A stretch of 64,000 nt of DNA from the NCBI GenBank assembly GCA_943788005.1, contig CALSOP010000002.1, positions 338,573 to 402,572 of the forward strand, written 5' to 3'. How positions within the stretch are numbered: the first letter of the stretch is position 1; the number at the start of each line of letters is the position of its first letter. The DNA comes from an uncultured Gammaproteobacteria bacterium (lineage in GTDB: Bacteria > Pseudomonadota > Gammaproteobacteria > Eutrophobiales > Eutrophobiaceae). The position numbers and the translations under genes are program-made. The notes below the pieces were generated by a model. The model ran no database searches, was not told the origin of the DNA, and saw only the letters and a list, made by a program, of their open reading frames with translations. Shown one piece after another: positions 31,822 through 42,062 of the stretch.

Positions 31822-32814
31822 CTACATCTCGGCTTTTGGTTCTCTCGCTAATAAATTCTGTACTGCTTCACGCGGGGAACATTTTGATTGCAGTACATTA
31901 TTGACCTGCTCAGTAATGGGCATTTCAATCTCATATTTCTTTGCCAGTTCACCCACTTCGACAGCCGTTTTCAAGCCTTCTATAGCCTGACCAATTTTAT
32001 CGCTGGCTTCCTGAATTGATAAACCTTCGGCTAATAATAATCCCAGACTACGGTTTCGTGACTGATTGTCTGTGCACGTCAGCACCAAATCACCCAAACC
32101 GGCCAACCCCATAAACGTTTCCTGCTTGGCGCCCATGGCTAGACCCAAACGCATGATCTCAGCTAAACCACGCGTCACCAATGCCGAGCGTGTGTTAGCA
32201 CCAAACCCCAAACCATCGGCAATACCTGCTGCAATTGCCATTACATTTTTTACCGCGCCGCCGACCTGTGCTCCGATAACATCATTATGGGTATAGATAC
32301 GAAAGACATCGCTGTGGAATAGATCTGCAAACAGTTGTGCAACGGCAAGATCTTTAGCCGCAATGGTAACGGCGGTCGGCAAACCGGCACCGACCTCTTT
32401 TGCGAAGGACGGACCTGAGAGTATCGCAACAGAACTTTCGGGTAATTCTTCTTCAACAACTTGATGATTGAATTTCTGCGTGCCCGGCTCAAATCCTTTA
32501 CAGGCGATACACACATGAACATTAGAAAATGACTTCAACAATTGCAAACTACTACGTAAGCCATGACATGGAACCGTATTAACAAACATCTTAGTTCCAG
32601 CAGGAACTTGATCAATAGATTCAACAGGGATTAGGTTTTCCGGGAATGGGATACCCGGAATATAACGCGTATTCGTTTTTTCAGTTTTTAAATCCTTTAT
32701 TAAATCTGAATTGATGTCCCATAGATAGACCGTATTTTGCTTTCGCGCTAATGCCAACGCCAATGCAGTTCCCCAGGAACCAGCTCCGAGAACTAACACT
32801 GACTGCGTTGTCAT
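31822..32814 (-). CDS. gpsA: NAD(P)H-dependent glycerol-3-phosphate dehydrogenase
   Basis: VLGAGSWGTAL, LSGPSFAKEV, GAVKNVMAI, GLGDLVLTC..NQSRN. Confidence 0.97.
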   Translation of the reverse strand: MTTQSVLVLGAGSWGTALALALARKQNTVYLWDINSDLIKDLKTEKTNTRYIPGIPFPENLIPVESIDQVPAGTKMFVNTVPCHGLRSSLQLLKSFSNVHVCIACKGFEPGTQKFNHQVVEEELPESSVAILSGPSFAKEVGAGLPTAVTIAAKDLAVAQLFADLFHSDVFRIYTHNDVIGAQVGGAVKNVMAIAAGIADGLGFGANTRSALVTRGLAEIMRLGLAMGAKQETFMGLAGLGDLVLTCTDNQSRNRSLGLLLAEGLSIQEASDKIGQAIEGLKTAVEVGELAKKYEIEMPITEQVNNVLQSKCSPREAVQNLLAREPKAEM

Positions 32815-32820
32815 TATGAT

Positions 32821-33330
32821 TTAATGCGTTATGTCTGCATTAGCTTGTGCGGCTGCATCTAGCTGCGCCTTGGCTTCGGCTTGTTCTTGTTCAAACAAGG
32901 CATCAAAGTTTACCGGAGCAAGCAACAGCTGCGGGAAACCACCACGTGTAACCACATCCGAAACCGTTTCACGCACAAACGGAAACAGAATATTTGCACA
33001 AACAATCGCCAACATACGATCAATAACATCTTCAGGTAGGTTTCTAATCATAAATATACCTGCCTGATTTACCTCAATCAGATATGCAACCTTATCTCCC
33101 ACCTTAACCGTTAAGGTAACCGTTAACACCACGTCAAAATGATCATCGCCAATCGGCGTTGCCTTGTTGGTCATATTCATTTCGACTTCAGGTCGCCACT
33201 CCATCTTGAATATTTCTGGTGTGTTTGGTGTTTCAAATGAAATATCTTTTACATAGACCTTTTGCACTAAAAATTGCGCATCATCTGGTCCGTTGCCTGG
33301 TTGTGCTGTATTGCTGTCTTGTTCCGCCAT
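32821..33330 (-). CDS. secB: Protein-export chaperone SecB
   Basis: YVKDISFETP, ILFPFVRE, GGFPQLLLAPVNFDAL. Confidence 0.96.
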   Translation of the reverse strand: MAEQDSNTAQPGNGPDDAQFLVQKVYVKDISFETPNTPEIFKMEWRPEVEMNMTNKATPIGDDHFDVVLTVTLTVKVGDKVAYLIEVNQAGIFMIRNLPEDVIDRMLAIVCANILFPFVRETVSDVVTRGGFPQLLLAPVNFDALFEQEQAEAKAQLDAAAQANADITH

Positions 33331-33388
33331 GATTTTTACCTATGATTTTTAATATTTATTGTATTGTTCAAAACTTAATTTATTGAAT

Positions 33389-33820
33389 CTATTTCATGCC
33401 TTTAGTCAGAGGTAAGTTGGCACTCTGCCATGAGAGGATGCCGCCTTTAAGACTAAACACTTTTTCATATCCTTCGTTCATCAACTTACGCGCCTCTTTT
33501 GTAGAAACAGCGCCGGATGCACAACAAAAGATAATTCCGCTTTCTTTATGTTTCTTCAGTTTATCAAGCTGCCCTGATAATTGATCAGCGCTGATGTTAA
33601 TAGCATCAATAATGTGCCCTTTCTCAAATTCCTCTTGTGTCCGGAGATCGACCACTTTGGCATCTTCACGATTTATAAGCCGGGTCACTTCGTCAGGCAG
33701 TAGCGATTTTACGCCGCTAAGCATATCACCAAACAAATTCCAGATTAATAACATTAATATGGAAACCAATAGTGAAAATAAAAACAGGTGGTTGCCCACA
33801 AATTCGGGAAGTCGTTCCAT
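33389..33820 (-). CDS. Membrane-anchored rhodanese-like protein (YibN-like)
   Basis: N-terminal TM, VVDLR..EEFEKGHIIDAIN, LKGGILSWQSANLP. Confidence 0.9.
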   Translation of the reverse strand: MERLPEFVGNHLFLFSLLVSILMLLIWNLFGDMLSGVKSLLPDEVTRLINREDAKVVDLRTQEEFEKGHIIDAINISADQLSGQLDKLKKHKESGIIFCCASGAVSTKEARKLMNEGYEKVFSLKGGILSWQSANLPLTKGMK

Positions 33821-34088
33821 TCAGTGATCTCTTGCTCTGGCAGTATTAAATGAGGGCTGAATAATACGTTATATCGCTCGCTGAAAAAACATATATAGGT
33901 AATTCAATCTGTATTATTGATTAATGTGAAGTCTTGCCGGGTTTCATGCTAAAATTCGCGCACTGAAAATAGAGAGTTTTAGGGTTATTACCCAATTACA
34001 CATACCTGCCACATTTATTATTGAAATTGCAGAATTTGCCGTCACCTCAAAATCCGTTCACTTTTAGTCATCGTCATTAAAACCTCCA

Positions 34089-35678
34089 ATGCAAGTAAGC
34101 CATAAACCAACAATTCTGATAATTCTCGATGGCTGGGGTCATACCGATAATACCGTCTACAATGCGATCTATTCCGCTAATAAGCCCACTTGGGAACATA
34201 TCTGGGAGACTTACCCGCATACGCTGATAAGCGCATCAGGCATAGATGTTGGACTACCTGCTGCACAGATGGGTAATTCAGAAGTAGGCCACATGAATAT
34301 TGGTTCAGGCCGAATAGTAGACCAGGAATTCACTCGCATTACCCGAGCACTTGAAGATGGTAGTTTTTATAAGAATGAAAACCTTAATGCCGCATTCAAT
34401 AATGCGGCAGAGAATAACAAAGCGGTTCACTTACTCGGGTTACTCTCCAGTGGCGGCGTGCATAGTCATGAAGATCATGTCTACGCGCTAATGGAATTGG
34501 CAGCCAATTGCGGAGTAAAAACAATTTACCTCCATGCTTTTCTGGATGGCCGAGATACACCACCAAAATGTGCAGAAGAATCGATCCATAATGCCCAGCT
34601 AAAAATGAAAGAATTAGGTATTGGTCGATTCGCATCAATAATTGGCCGTCACTATGCAATGGATCGTAACAGTCGCTGGGATCGTACCAAACTGGCCTAT
34701 GACCTCATCAGCCAGGGCAAAGCAGAATATCGCTCGGTCGACCCGTTTATTGCTGTTGATATGGCCTATGCTCGAGGTGAATCGGATGAATTCATCAAGC
34801 CAACGGCCATCACAAAACCGGGTGAACCACCGATAACTGTCGATGATGGTGATGTTCTCGTGTTTGCTAATTACCGCGCAGACCGTGCCCGTCAATTAGC
34901 GCGCGCATTCACAAAAGCGGAATTCAAGGCATTTGAGCGAGAGCGGGTTCCGAAACTCTCTGCCTTTATCAGCCTGACCTCGTATAAGGCCAGTTATGAA
35001 TTTCCTGTCGCATTTCCGCCAGTGAGCATGTCCAATGTCTTCGGTGAATACATAGCAAACCTTGGCTTGAAGCAACTTCGAATCGCGGAGACAGAGAAAT
35101 ACGCCCATGTCACTTTCTTCTTCAATGGCGGCGAAGAACGTGTTTTCGAAGGTGAAGATCGCATATTGGTACCTTCACCACACGTCGAGACTTATGACAA
35201 ACAACCAGAGATGAGTGCTGACGAGATCACTGAACGCCTCATTGAGTCAATAAATAGTCAGCAATACGATGCCATCATCTGTAACTATGCAAATGCCGAC
35301 ATGGTCGGTCATACCGGTGATTTCAAAGCAACCATATCGGCCATAGAAACCATTGATAAATGTCTCGCCAAGGTGATCGAATGTACACAAAAAGTTGGCG
35401 GTGAAATCATGATCACTGCCGATCATGGAAATGCAGAGCAATTAAAAGCCTATACTACTGAGAAGGTTAAATCCCAGGCACATACGGCACATACCAATAA
35501 CTTTGTGCCACTCATTTATATTGGCCGGCAGGCAGAATTTCTTCCTGACACCGGGTCATTGTCTGATATTTCCCCAACAATGCTCAATATCATGGGCATC
35601 CCACAACCCAAAGAAATGACAGGCAAGTCACTGTTACGACTACAAGAAGAGGACACTACCGCAGTCATCGGCAAGTGA
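34089..35678 (+). CDS. gpmI: 2,3-bisphosphoglycerate-independent phosphoglycerate mutase
   Basis: LIILDGWG, QMGNSEVGH, AETEKYAHVTFFFNGG, DMVGHTG, TADHGNAE. Confidence 0.97.
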   Translation: MQVSHKPTILIILDGWGHTDNTVYNAIYSANKPTWEHIWETYPHTLISASGIDVGLPAAQMGNSEVGHMNIGSGRIVDQEFTRITRALEDGSFYKNENLNAAFNNAAENNKAVHLLGLLSSGGVHSHEDHVYALMELAANCGVKTIYLHAFLDGRDTPPKCAEESIHNAQLKMKELGIGRFASIIGRHYAMDRNSRWDRTKLAYDLISQGKAEYRSVDPFIAVDMAYARGESDEFIKPTAITKPGEPPITVDDGDVLVFANYRADRARQLARAFTKAEFKAFERERVPKLSAFISLTSYKASYEFPVAFPPVSMSNVFGEYIANLGLKQLRIAETEKYAHVTFFFNGGEERVFEGEDRILVPSPHVETYDKQPEMSADEITERLIESINSQQYDAIICNYANADMVGHTGDFKATISAIETIDKCLAKVIECTQKVGGEIMITADHGNAEQLKAYTTEKVKSQAHTAHTNNFVPLIYIGRQAEFLPDTGSLSDISPTMLNIMGIPQPKEMTGKSLLRLQEEDTTAVIGK

Positions 35679-35685
35679 ATCACAC

Positions 35686-36855
35686 ATGACTCATTTCGCT
35701 AACAAAATAAGACCTTTCATCTATTCAATATTTCTCGTTACCTGTTTCACCTCTAATCTAGCCCTAGCTGCTGATGAAGCCAATTCTGCAACAGCCACAG
35801 AATTAGAAAACATTCGAACGCGTATTAAAGATGTAGAGACCCGCATTAAATCTGCTCAAGATGAAACGGATAAATTACAACAAGAATTGCGCGAGAATGA
35901 AGTAACGACCGCAGAGACATTAACACGACTGCATAATATTGAAGCAAATGTCTCAAAAAAGAATGCTGAGCTCGAAGACCTATTGTTTGAGCAAGCAGAG
36001 CATGAAGCGGCGCTCAATAAAGAAAAAGAGAAGCTAACCCATCAAATTCGATCTGCGTATCAGATTGGTCGTAATGACTATATAAAGTTGATTCTTAATC
36101 AGGAAGACCCTGCTTTAGTCGGACGCGCACTAGCTTACTACGACTACCACAACCGGGCACGTTCTGAGCGCATCATTCAGGTTAAACAAATTCTGGTCAA
36201 TCTCGAGAAGATTCAGGCGACTATTAAAGATGAATCGGCACAGCTTGAAGAATTGAGATCCAAACATGAATCTAAATTAAGTGATTTCTACCAGTTTCGT
36301 GCAACTCGACGTGATATCAGCACACGCCTACAAAAATATATAGAAGAGCAAGGCGTTGAACTCCAGACACTACAAGAAAACGAGCGTGAACTCGGAGTAC
36401 TATTTCAGGGATTAAAAAAGGAAAAAGCGGTAACGATAGAAATGTTTGAGGACATGCCGCCTTTCAATACGCTTAAAGGTAAACTGACCTGGCCGGTAAA
36501 AGGGAAATTACTAAAAAGGTATGGCGCCAATAAGAAAGGTGGCGACCTTAAATGGCAAGGCGTTCTTATTGATGCAGAAACAGGCACCAACGTTATGTCT
36601 ATTAGTACCGGTAAAATAGTCTTTGCAGACTGGTTCCGTAATCTCGGTTTATTAATCATTATCGACCATGGTGATGGCTTTATGAGTTTGTATGGGCACA
36701 ATCAAAACCTATTGAAAAACACCGGCGATTGGGTGCTAGCCGGTGAAACGATTGCAACCGTCGGAGACAGTGGCGGTCAAAGCGATACCGCTCTTTATTT
36801 TGAAATCAGAAAAGGGGCAGAGCCGCTAAATCCGTCACATTGGTGCAAACGATAA
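35686..36855 (+). CDS. envC: Murein hydrolase activator EnvC (coiled coil + M23)
   Basis: Signal peptide, long coiled coil, WPVKG, IIDHGDGFMSLYGHN, LYFEIR. Confidence 0.92.
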   Translation: MTHFANKIRPFIYSIFLVTCFTSNLALAADEANSATATELENIRTRIKDVETRIKSAQDETDKLQQELRENEVTTAETLTRLHNIEANVSKKNAELEDLLFEQAEHEAALNKEKEKLTHQIRSAYQIGRNDYIKLILNQEDPALVGRALAYYDYHNRARSERIIQVKQILVNLEKIQATIKDESAQLEELRSKHESKLSDFYQFRATRRDISTRLQKYIEEQGVELQTLQENERELGVLFQGLKKEKAVTIEMFEDMPPFNTLKGKLTWPVKGKLLKRYGANKKGGDLKWQGVLIDAETGTNVMSISTGKIVFADWFRNLGLLIIIDHGDGFMSLYGHNQNLLKNTGDWVLAGETIATVGDSGGQSDTALYFEIRKGAEPLNPSHWCKR

Positions 36856-37068
36856 AACCTCTGATTAATAGCACTATCAAGCATATTGCTGCGTGTTCAC
36901 CCCTCAAGGGAGTACCGAGGTCCTCGCTCATCCCGCGCCTATCTATTATGATATGTCTTGGGGGATTCGCTGCGGAACGCCTTGCAATGTTCGGTCTTCG
37001 TTCCCGACGCGACTCTACCGCTCACATCCTTATGAGCGTCTTGTTATCTCTATTAATCAGAGGTTTTA
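36853..37068. mobile_element. MITE-like element, 216 bp, with 19-bp perfect terminal inverted repeats
   Basis: TAAAACCTCTGATTAATAG (36853-36871) and CTATTAATCAGAGGTTTTA (37050-37068) are exact reverse complements, each bounded by TA; GC-richer non-coding interior with hairpins. Confidence 0.82.
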
Positions 37069-37131
37069 CGACAATTAATGAGTTGTCATATACAGCAGAG
37101 CGCGGTTATGCTTAACCATACGCTGTGTAAT

Positions 37132-37158
37132 GAACTTGTTAAGTATTAATCAATCAAG
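37132..37158 (+). promoter_or_regulatory. Candidate sigmaE (RpoE/AlgU-type) promoter of ctpA
   Basis: GAACTT-16 nt-TCAAG, 36 nt before the ATG. Confidence 0.4.
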
Positions 37159-37194
37159 ATAGTTTATGCATGTCAGCCTGAACGGAGTTAAAGA

Positions 37195-38514
37195 ATGTCA
37201 TTATTGAAAAATTTCACTACCACCCTATCGTTGTCACTGTTATTAACACCAATTGCGATAGCGAACACAGAACAAGACAACGAGGCTGACACCCTGCCAT
37301 TAGATGAGCTTCGCATTTTTTCTGAAGTTTTTGCTAAAGTTAAAAATGACTATGTAGAAAGTATTGATGATCGAGAATTAATCGAGAATGCAATACGCGG
37401 CATGTTGGAAGGGCTGGATCCGCATTCAGCTTACCTGGATAAGGAACATTACGAAGATCTACAAGAAGGGACATCCGGCGAATTCGGCGGACTCGGCATT
37501 GAAGTCGGCATGGAAGATGGTTTTGTCAAAGTCATTTCACCGATAGACGATACCCCGGCTCAACGCGCAGGAATTAAAGCGGGTGATTTAATCATCAAAT
37601 TGGATGAAAAGTCTGTTAAAGGCATGGCTTTAAATGATGCTGTTAAATTAATGCGTGGTAAACCTGGCAGCGATATCATCATAACTGTCGTAAGGGAGGG
37701 TGAAGACAAACCAAAAGAGATTACAATAACGCGCGATGTTATCACTGTTAAGAGTGTCCGCAGCAAGATGCTGGAGCCCGGGTTTGGCTATATTCGCATA
37801 TCGAACTTTCAAACGCATACTGCAGAAGATATGCGCAAGTCACTCGAAAAACTAAAAAAAGAAAATGACAGCGGCTTGAGTGGTTTAATACTCGATCTGA
37901 GAAACAATCCTGGTGGCATTCTAAACGCAGCCGTAGGCGTCTCTGATCTGTTTCTTGATAACGGATTGATTGTCTATACCGAAGGTCGAATTAAAGACTC
38001 AAAACTCACCTTTACAGCAAAACCTACGGACATGTTAAAAGATGCCCCGATCATAGTTCTGGTCAATGGTGGTTCAGCCTCAGCATCTGAAATTGTTGCT
38101 GGCGCGTTGCAAGATCATGATCGCGCAATCATCATGGGCGAACGTACCTTTGGTAAAGGTTCAGTACAAACTATTCTACCAATGAATGATGAGGCCGCAT
38201 TAAAACTAACCACGGCACGTTATTTCACACCATCGGGGCGCTCTATTCAGGCTTCAGGAATTGAGCCTGATATCATCATAGAAAATATTCGTGTCGACAG
38301 GACAGAGGGCCATTCTTCAGCTCAAATCAAGGAATCCGATTTAACGGGCCATCTTGATAATGGTTCTAAAGAAAGTGAAGAAAAAGGTGAGAAAAACAAG
38401 ACAAAGAAAAAAGAGAAAAATAACGAGCCTTCTCTCGCTGAGACAGACTATCAACTTTATGAAGCATTAAACGTACTTAAAGGCTTGGCGATTCATTTGA
38501 AAAAAACAGGATGA
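37195..38514 (+). CDS. ctpA: Carboxy-terminal processing protease (S41, PDZ)
   Basis: LDPHSAY, GEFGGLGIEV, LDLRNNPGG, GSASASEIVAGALQD, TFGKGSVQ. Confidence 0.93.
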   Translation: MSLLKNFTTTLSLSLLLTPIAIANTEQDNEADTLPLDELRIFSEVFAKVKNDYVESIDDRELIENAIRGMLEGLDPHSAYLDKEHYEDLQEGTSGEFGGLGIEVGMEDGFVKVISPIDDTPAQRAGIKAGDLIIKLDEKSVKGMALNDAVKLMRGKPGSDIIITVVREGEDKPKEITITRDVITVKSVRSKMLEPGFGYIRISNFQTHTAEDMRKSLEKLKKENDSGLSGLILDLRNNPGGILNAAVGVSDLFLDNGLIVYTEGRIKDSKLTFTAKPTDMLKDAPIIVLVNGGSASASEIVAGALQDHDRAIIMGERTFGKGSVQTILPMNDEAALKLTTARYFTPSGRSIQASGIEPDIIIENIRVDRTEGHSSAQIKESDLTGHLDNGSKESEEKGEKNKTKKKEKNNEPSLAETDYQLYEALNVLKGLAIHLKKTG

Positions 38515-38518
38515 TGTT

Positions 38519-39325
38519 ATGCGCAGGGACATGCTCCTCTTAAATAAAAAACTGGCTTTACTCTTACTTATAAGTATTAGTTTTATTACGCAATCTGTCT
38601 CTGCAGAACGACCCACAATTTCTATCATCATCGATGACATAGGATATCGACATCAAGATGACTTGATGTCATTGACACTTCCCGGACCCGTTGCATATGC
38701 AATTCTACCGCATGCACCACACACAGAAAAAATGGCTCAGCTTGCTTCACTAAGAAATAAAGAAATCCTGCTTCATCAACCCATGCAAGCAATGGAAAAA
38801 AATGAGTACCTCGGCCCTGGCGCGTTAACGTTGAACATGTCACAAGAGGAATTTCTACAGACCTTAAATATCAATATAAGCGCGGTACAAAACCTGATAG
38901 GTATTAACAATCACATGGGCAGCTTGTTAACAAGACACCCCGGTCATATGCAATGGTTAATGGAGACAATGAAAGCAAACGGTCAGTTTTATGTTGATAG
39001 CTTAACAAGTGATGACAGCGTTGCCTCTAGATTAGCAAAAGAAAATAATATCCCTTACTTAACACGCGATGTGTTTCTGGATAACAATCTCGACGAAAAA
39101 TATATCCGTGGTCAATTTATGGAGTTGGTTAAAGTAGCCAAACGTAAAGGCTCTGCCTTAGGCATAGGTCACCCACACCCGGCTACGACTGCTGTTCTAT
39201 CAAAAGTTCTAAAAGATGTTCAAAAGTACGGCGTCAAGATTATTAGCTTAAAGTCTCTTATTAAGAAGAGAGCAAAGGGAAAATATTATGTACAAGGTCC
39301 TGATGCCACTAGCTCAGGACTCTGA
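38519..39325 (+). CDS. Divergent polysaccharide deacetylase (YibQ-like)
   Basis: IIIDDIG, LLHQPM, GINNHMGS, RDVFLDN, GIGHPHP. Confidence 0.9.
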   Translation: MRRDMLLLNKKLALLLLISISFITQSVSAERPTISIIIDDIGYRHQDDLMSLTLPGPVAYAILPHAPHTEKMAQLASLRNKEILLHQPMQAMEKNEYLGPGALTLNMSQEEFLQTLNINISAVQNLIGINNHMGSLLTRHPGHMQWLMETMKANGQFYVDSLTSDDSVASRLAKENNIPYLTRDVFLDNNLDEKYIRGQFMELVKVAKRKGSALGIGHPHPATTAVLSKVLKDVQKYGVKIISLKSLIKKRAKGKYYVQGPDATSSGL

Positions 39326-39380
39326 AAAACCGAAGCATTCCCATTATAAATATGCGTCAGTAATATTCTAACTTTAGATT

Positions 39381-40292
39381 CTAATCTAAAAGATATTGAC
39401 TAAACCAATCTCTAGCCGCTGAACTCGATTCATCAAATGAATCGATATAGGCATCAAAATGTCCGCCGTCTAACACGACAATTTTTTTCGGTTCTCGTGC
39501 TGTTTCATAAGCAGCAAAAGCCAAATCAGAAACTGTAAGAACATCATCGCGTGCCACTAACATCAAAAGAGGTGTTGGGCTAATTGAAGGAATATAAATA
39601 CCCGGCTCATATTCAATGAACATCTCCACGGACCGAAGTGTGACTTCATTTTTCCAGGAAGGGGCACGTTTATCGTGAGTTTCTCTAAACCATTTCCATG
39701 AATCTGCAGTCGGTAGTGCCGCAGGCGCCTGAGGCTGTTCATCTGGCGAAGAGACAACAGGGATCATCGCGGGTTCATCTCCCGCATAACGTGCGGCGCG
39801 ATCAGCATCAAACATACCGCGCAGTCCATCCCACATATCTGCACGAATAAGCCGACGTGCATTTTCTATCCCTGAAATAATAGGTACTTGAGACACAACA
39901 CATTTAACTCGCTTATCAATTGCGGCGACAACCAGAACATGACCGCCACTATAGCTTGAGCCAAAAACCCCTATGCGACTTTCATCGGTTTCAGGTAGCG
40001 AAATCGCATAAGTGATTGCATCTCGATAGTCACGAACCTGTTGCCATGGATCAATCTCTTGCCTTGGCTCACCATTGCTTGCACCAAAATTACGGTTATC
40101 AAAAACTAGTACTGCCATTCCAGCAGCAGCAAAGACTTCACCGTACTTATCAAGATACATTTCTTTAACAGCAGAATAACCATGCGCCATTACAATGACC
40201 GGTACAGCATTCTTAGCATCATCGGGTAGATACAACCAACCACGTAAAGTGGTGTTATCTCCTGTTTTAAACTCAACATCTTTCCGTTGCAT
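39381..40292 (-). CDS. Alpha/beta-fold hydrolase
   Basis: VIVMAHG, FDNRNFGASNGEPRQ, nucleophile GSSYSGG, GGHFDAY. Confidence 0.9.
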   Translation of the reverse strand: MQRKDVEFKTGDNTTLRGWLYLPDDAKNAVPVIVMAHGYSAVKEMYLDKYGEVFAAAGMAVLVFDNRNFGASNGEPRQEIDPWQQVRDYRDAITYAISLPETDESRIGVFGSSYSGGHVLVVAAIDKRVKCVVSQVPIISGIENARRLIRADMWDGLRGMFDADRAARYAGDEPAMIPVVSSPDEQPQAPAALPTADSWKWFRETHDKRAPSWKNEVTLRSVEMFIEYEPGIYIPSISPTPLLMLVARDDVLTVSDLAFAAYETAREPKKIVVLDGGHFDAYIDSFDESSSAARDWFSQYLLD

Positions 40293-40325
40293 AAACGCCT
40301 CTTATTGTTTAACTAGGTTCCCACC

Positions 40326-40374
40326 TCGGTCTCTGTTCCAGACTAAACTATAGCGCCCACATCCTTGTAGACGT
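40326..40374 (+). repeat. Degenerate copy of the MITE internal module
   Basis: Ungapped 36/49 nt identity to 36991-37039, sharing TCGGTC, GTTCC and CACATCCTT. Confidence 0.6.
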
Positions 40375-40400
40375 GCGCGGTAATGACGAATATAAAAAGT

Positions 40401-42059
40401 CTACTTCTGTTGCCACGATAGAAATAACAACATCATTCCGGAAAAACATAGCAACCATGAAACAATTGGTACCGATGCAAATACACCATGCGTTGTATTA
40501 TCAAGTGCATAAATAATCGAGGAAGACAATAAGAAGCCTGAGCCGACAACGGCCATGACTGTGCTACGATTGTAAACCTTCATCTCCTGTCGCAAATGAT
40601 GTATCTCTTCCGATTTGTTTTCCATTTCTATCTTGCCATCATGGATTTGATCTAATACATCAAGTGCACGGTTTGGTAGATCTGGTAGACGGTCAATTAG
40701 TTTAGGTATATTAAGTTTTACACCTTTCAACAATCCTTTCGCGCCGATGCGTTCATCCATCCAACGCTCCAACTGTGGCCGCGCTGTTTTCCATAGATCG
40801 AGTTCCGGGTAGAGCTGTCTACCTATCCCTTCAATGTTAATGATTGTTTTTTGCAACATGATCAACTGCGGCATAATCTCAACATTAAATCGTCGTGCTA
40901 TTTGAATAAGTCGCTGTAATAACTCACCAAATGAGATTTCATGCATTGGTCTAACGAGTAACGGCTCACAAACTGTGCGTATGGCTGATTCCAGTTCGTC
41001 TAAACGAGTCCCTTTTGGCACCCAGCCTGATTCTATATGTAATGCTGCGACACGATGATAATTACGATTCAAAAATGCAATAAAGTTATCTGCCAGGTAG
41101 CGTTGATCAAACTCGGTTAATGAACACATGATGCCAAAGTCGATAACCTTGACCATTGCCGGCTTACCGGCTTCTGCAGGCCCCACAAAGATGTTACCCG
41201 GGTGCATATCTGCATGGAAAAAATTATCACGAAAGACTTGTGTGAAAAATATTTCAACGCCATATTCAGCGAGCCATTTCAGATCAACTCCCGCTGCTTC
41301 TAGTTCATCGGTATCACGAACTGAGACACCAGTTACACGTTCCATTGCCAATACATTGCGCCGTGTTAATTCCCAATTTATCTCTGGAACGTAGTAGCGG
41401 TCTTCTTTCTCAAAATTACGACGTAGCTGAGAAGCATTAGCCGCTTCTCGCTGCAAATCAAGTTCGTTCAGCAGTGTCTTTTCGAATTCAGTAACCACAC
41501 CAGTGAAACGCAAAGATTTCCCTTTGCGATAATATCTTTCTCCTTTTTCTGCCAGAAGGTGCAGTAAATTCAGATCTTTACGAATAAGGGTTTCTATGTC
41601 GGGACGAATAACCTTAATAATAAAGTCACGACCATCTTTAAGTTTCGCACGATGAACCTGTGCTACTGAGGCTGAGGCCAACGGTGTCTCATCAAATTCT
41701 AGAAATACTTCGTTGAGATCACATTCATAGGCATCTTCAATAATCTTGCGTGCGACTTTCCCGGAAAATGGTGCAACAGCATCTTGCAACTTGGCAAATT
41801 CGTTCGCGATATCTTCTGGTATCAGATCGCGACGTGTCGATAATATTTGTCCTAACTTGACATATATAGGACCTAATTCTTCCAACATCAAACGCATACG
41901 TTGCGCACGCGGTGCTTTTTTTCTACCAAACCAGTTCCACGGAAAAATATAAAATAAGAAACGTACTGGCCTAAATAAATGCGTGGCAAAGATAAACTCA
42001 TCCAAACCATATTTTATCAATACTCTTTGAATAGCTAATAGACGAAGAATCTGTTCCAT
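40401..42059 (-). CDS. ubiB: Ubiquinone biosynthesis regulatory kinase-like protein
   Basis: LGPIYVKLGQILSTRRD, PLASASVAQVH, FFHADMHPGNI, IDFGI. Confidence 0.96.
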   Translation of the reverse strand: MEQILRLLAIQRVLIKYGLDEFIFATHLFRPVRFLFYIFPWNWFGRKKAPRAQRMRLMLEELGPIYVKLGQILSTRRDLIPEDIANEFAKLQDAVAPFSGKVARKIIEDAYECDLNEVFLEFDETPLASASVAQVHRAKLKDGRDFIIKVIRPDIETLIRKDLNLLHLLAEKGERYYRKGKSLRFTGVVTEFEKTLLNELDLQREAANASQLRRNFEKEDRYYVPEINWELTRRNVLAMERVTGVSVRDTDELEAAGVDLKWLAEYGVEIFFTQVFRDNFFHADMHPGNIFVGPAEAGKPAMVKVIDFGIMCSLTEFDQRYLADNFIAFLNRNYHRVAALHIESGWVPKGTRLDELESAIRTVCEPLLVRPMHEISFGELLQRLIQIARRFNVEIMPQLIMLQKTIINIEGIGRQLYPELDLWKTARPQLERWMDERIGAKGLLKGVKLNIPKLIDRLPDLPNRALDVLDQIHDGKIEMENKSEEIHHLRQEMKVYNRSTVMAVVGSGFLLSSSIIYALDNTTHGVFASVPIVSWLLCFSGMMLLFLSWQQK

Positions 42060-42062
42060 AGA

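Noticed and set aside
36840..37115. Two short ORFs (91 and 61 aa) between envC and ctpA
   Set aside because: They lie within the MITE-like inverted-repeat element and have no protein-like features
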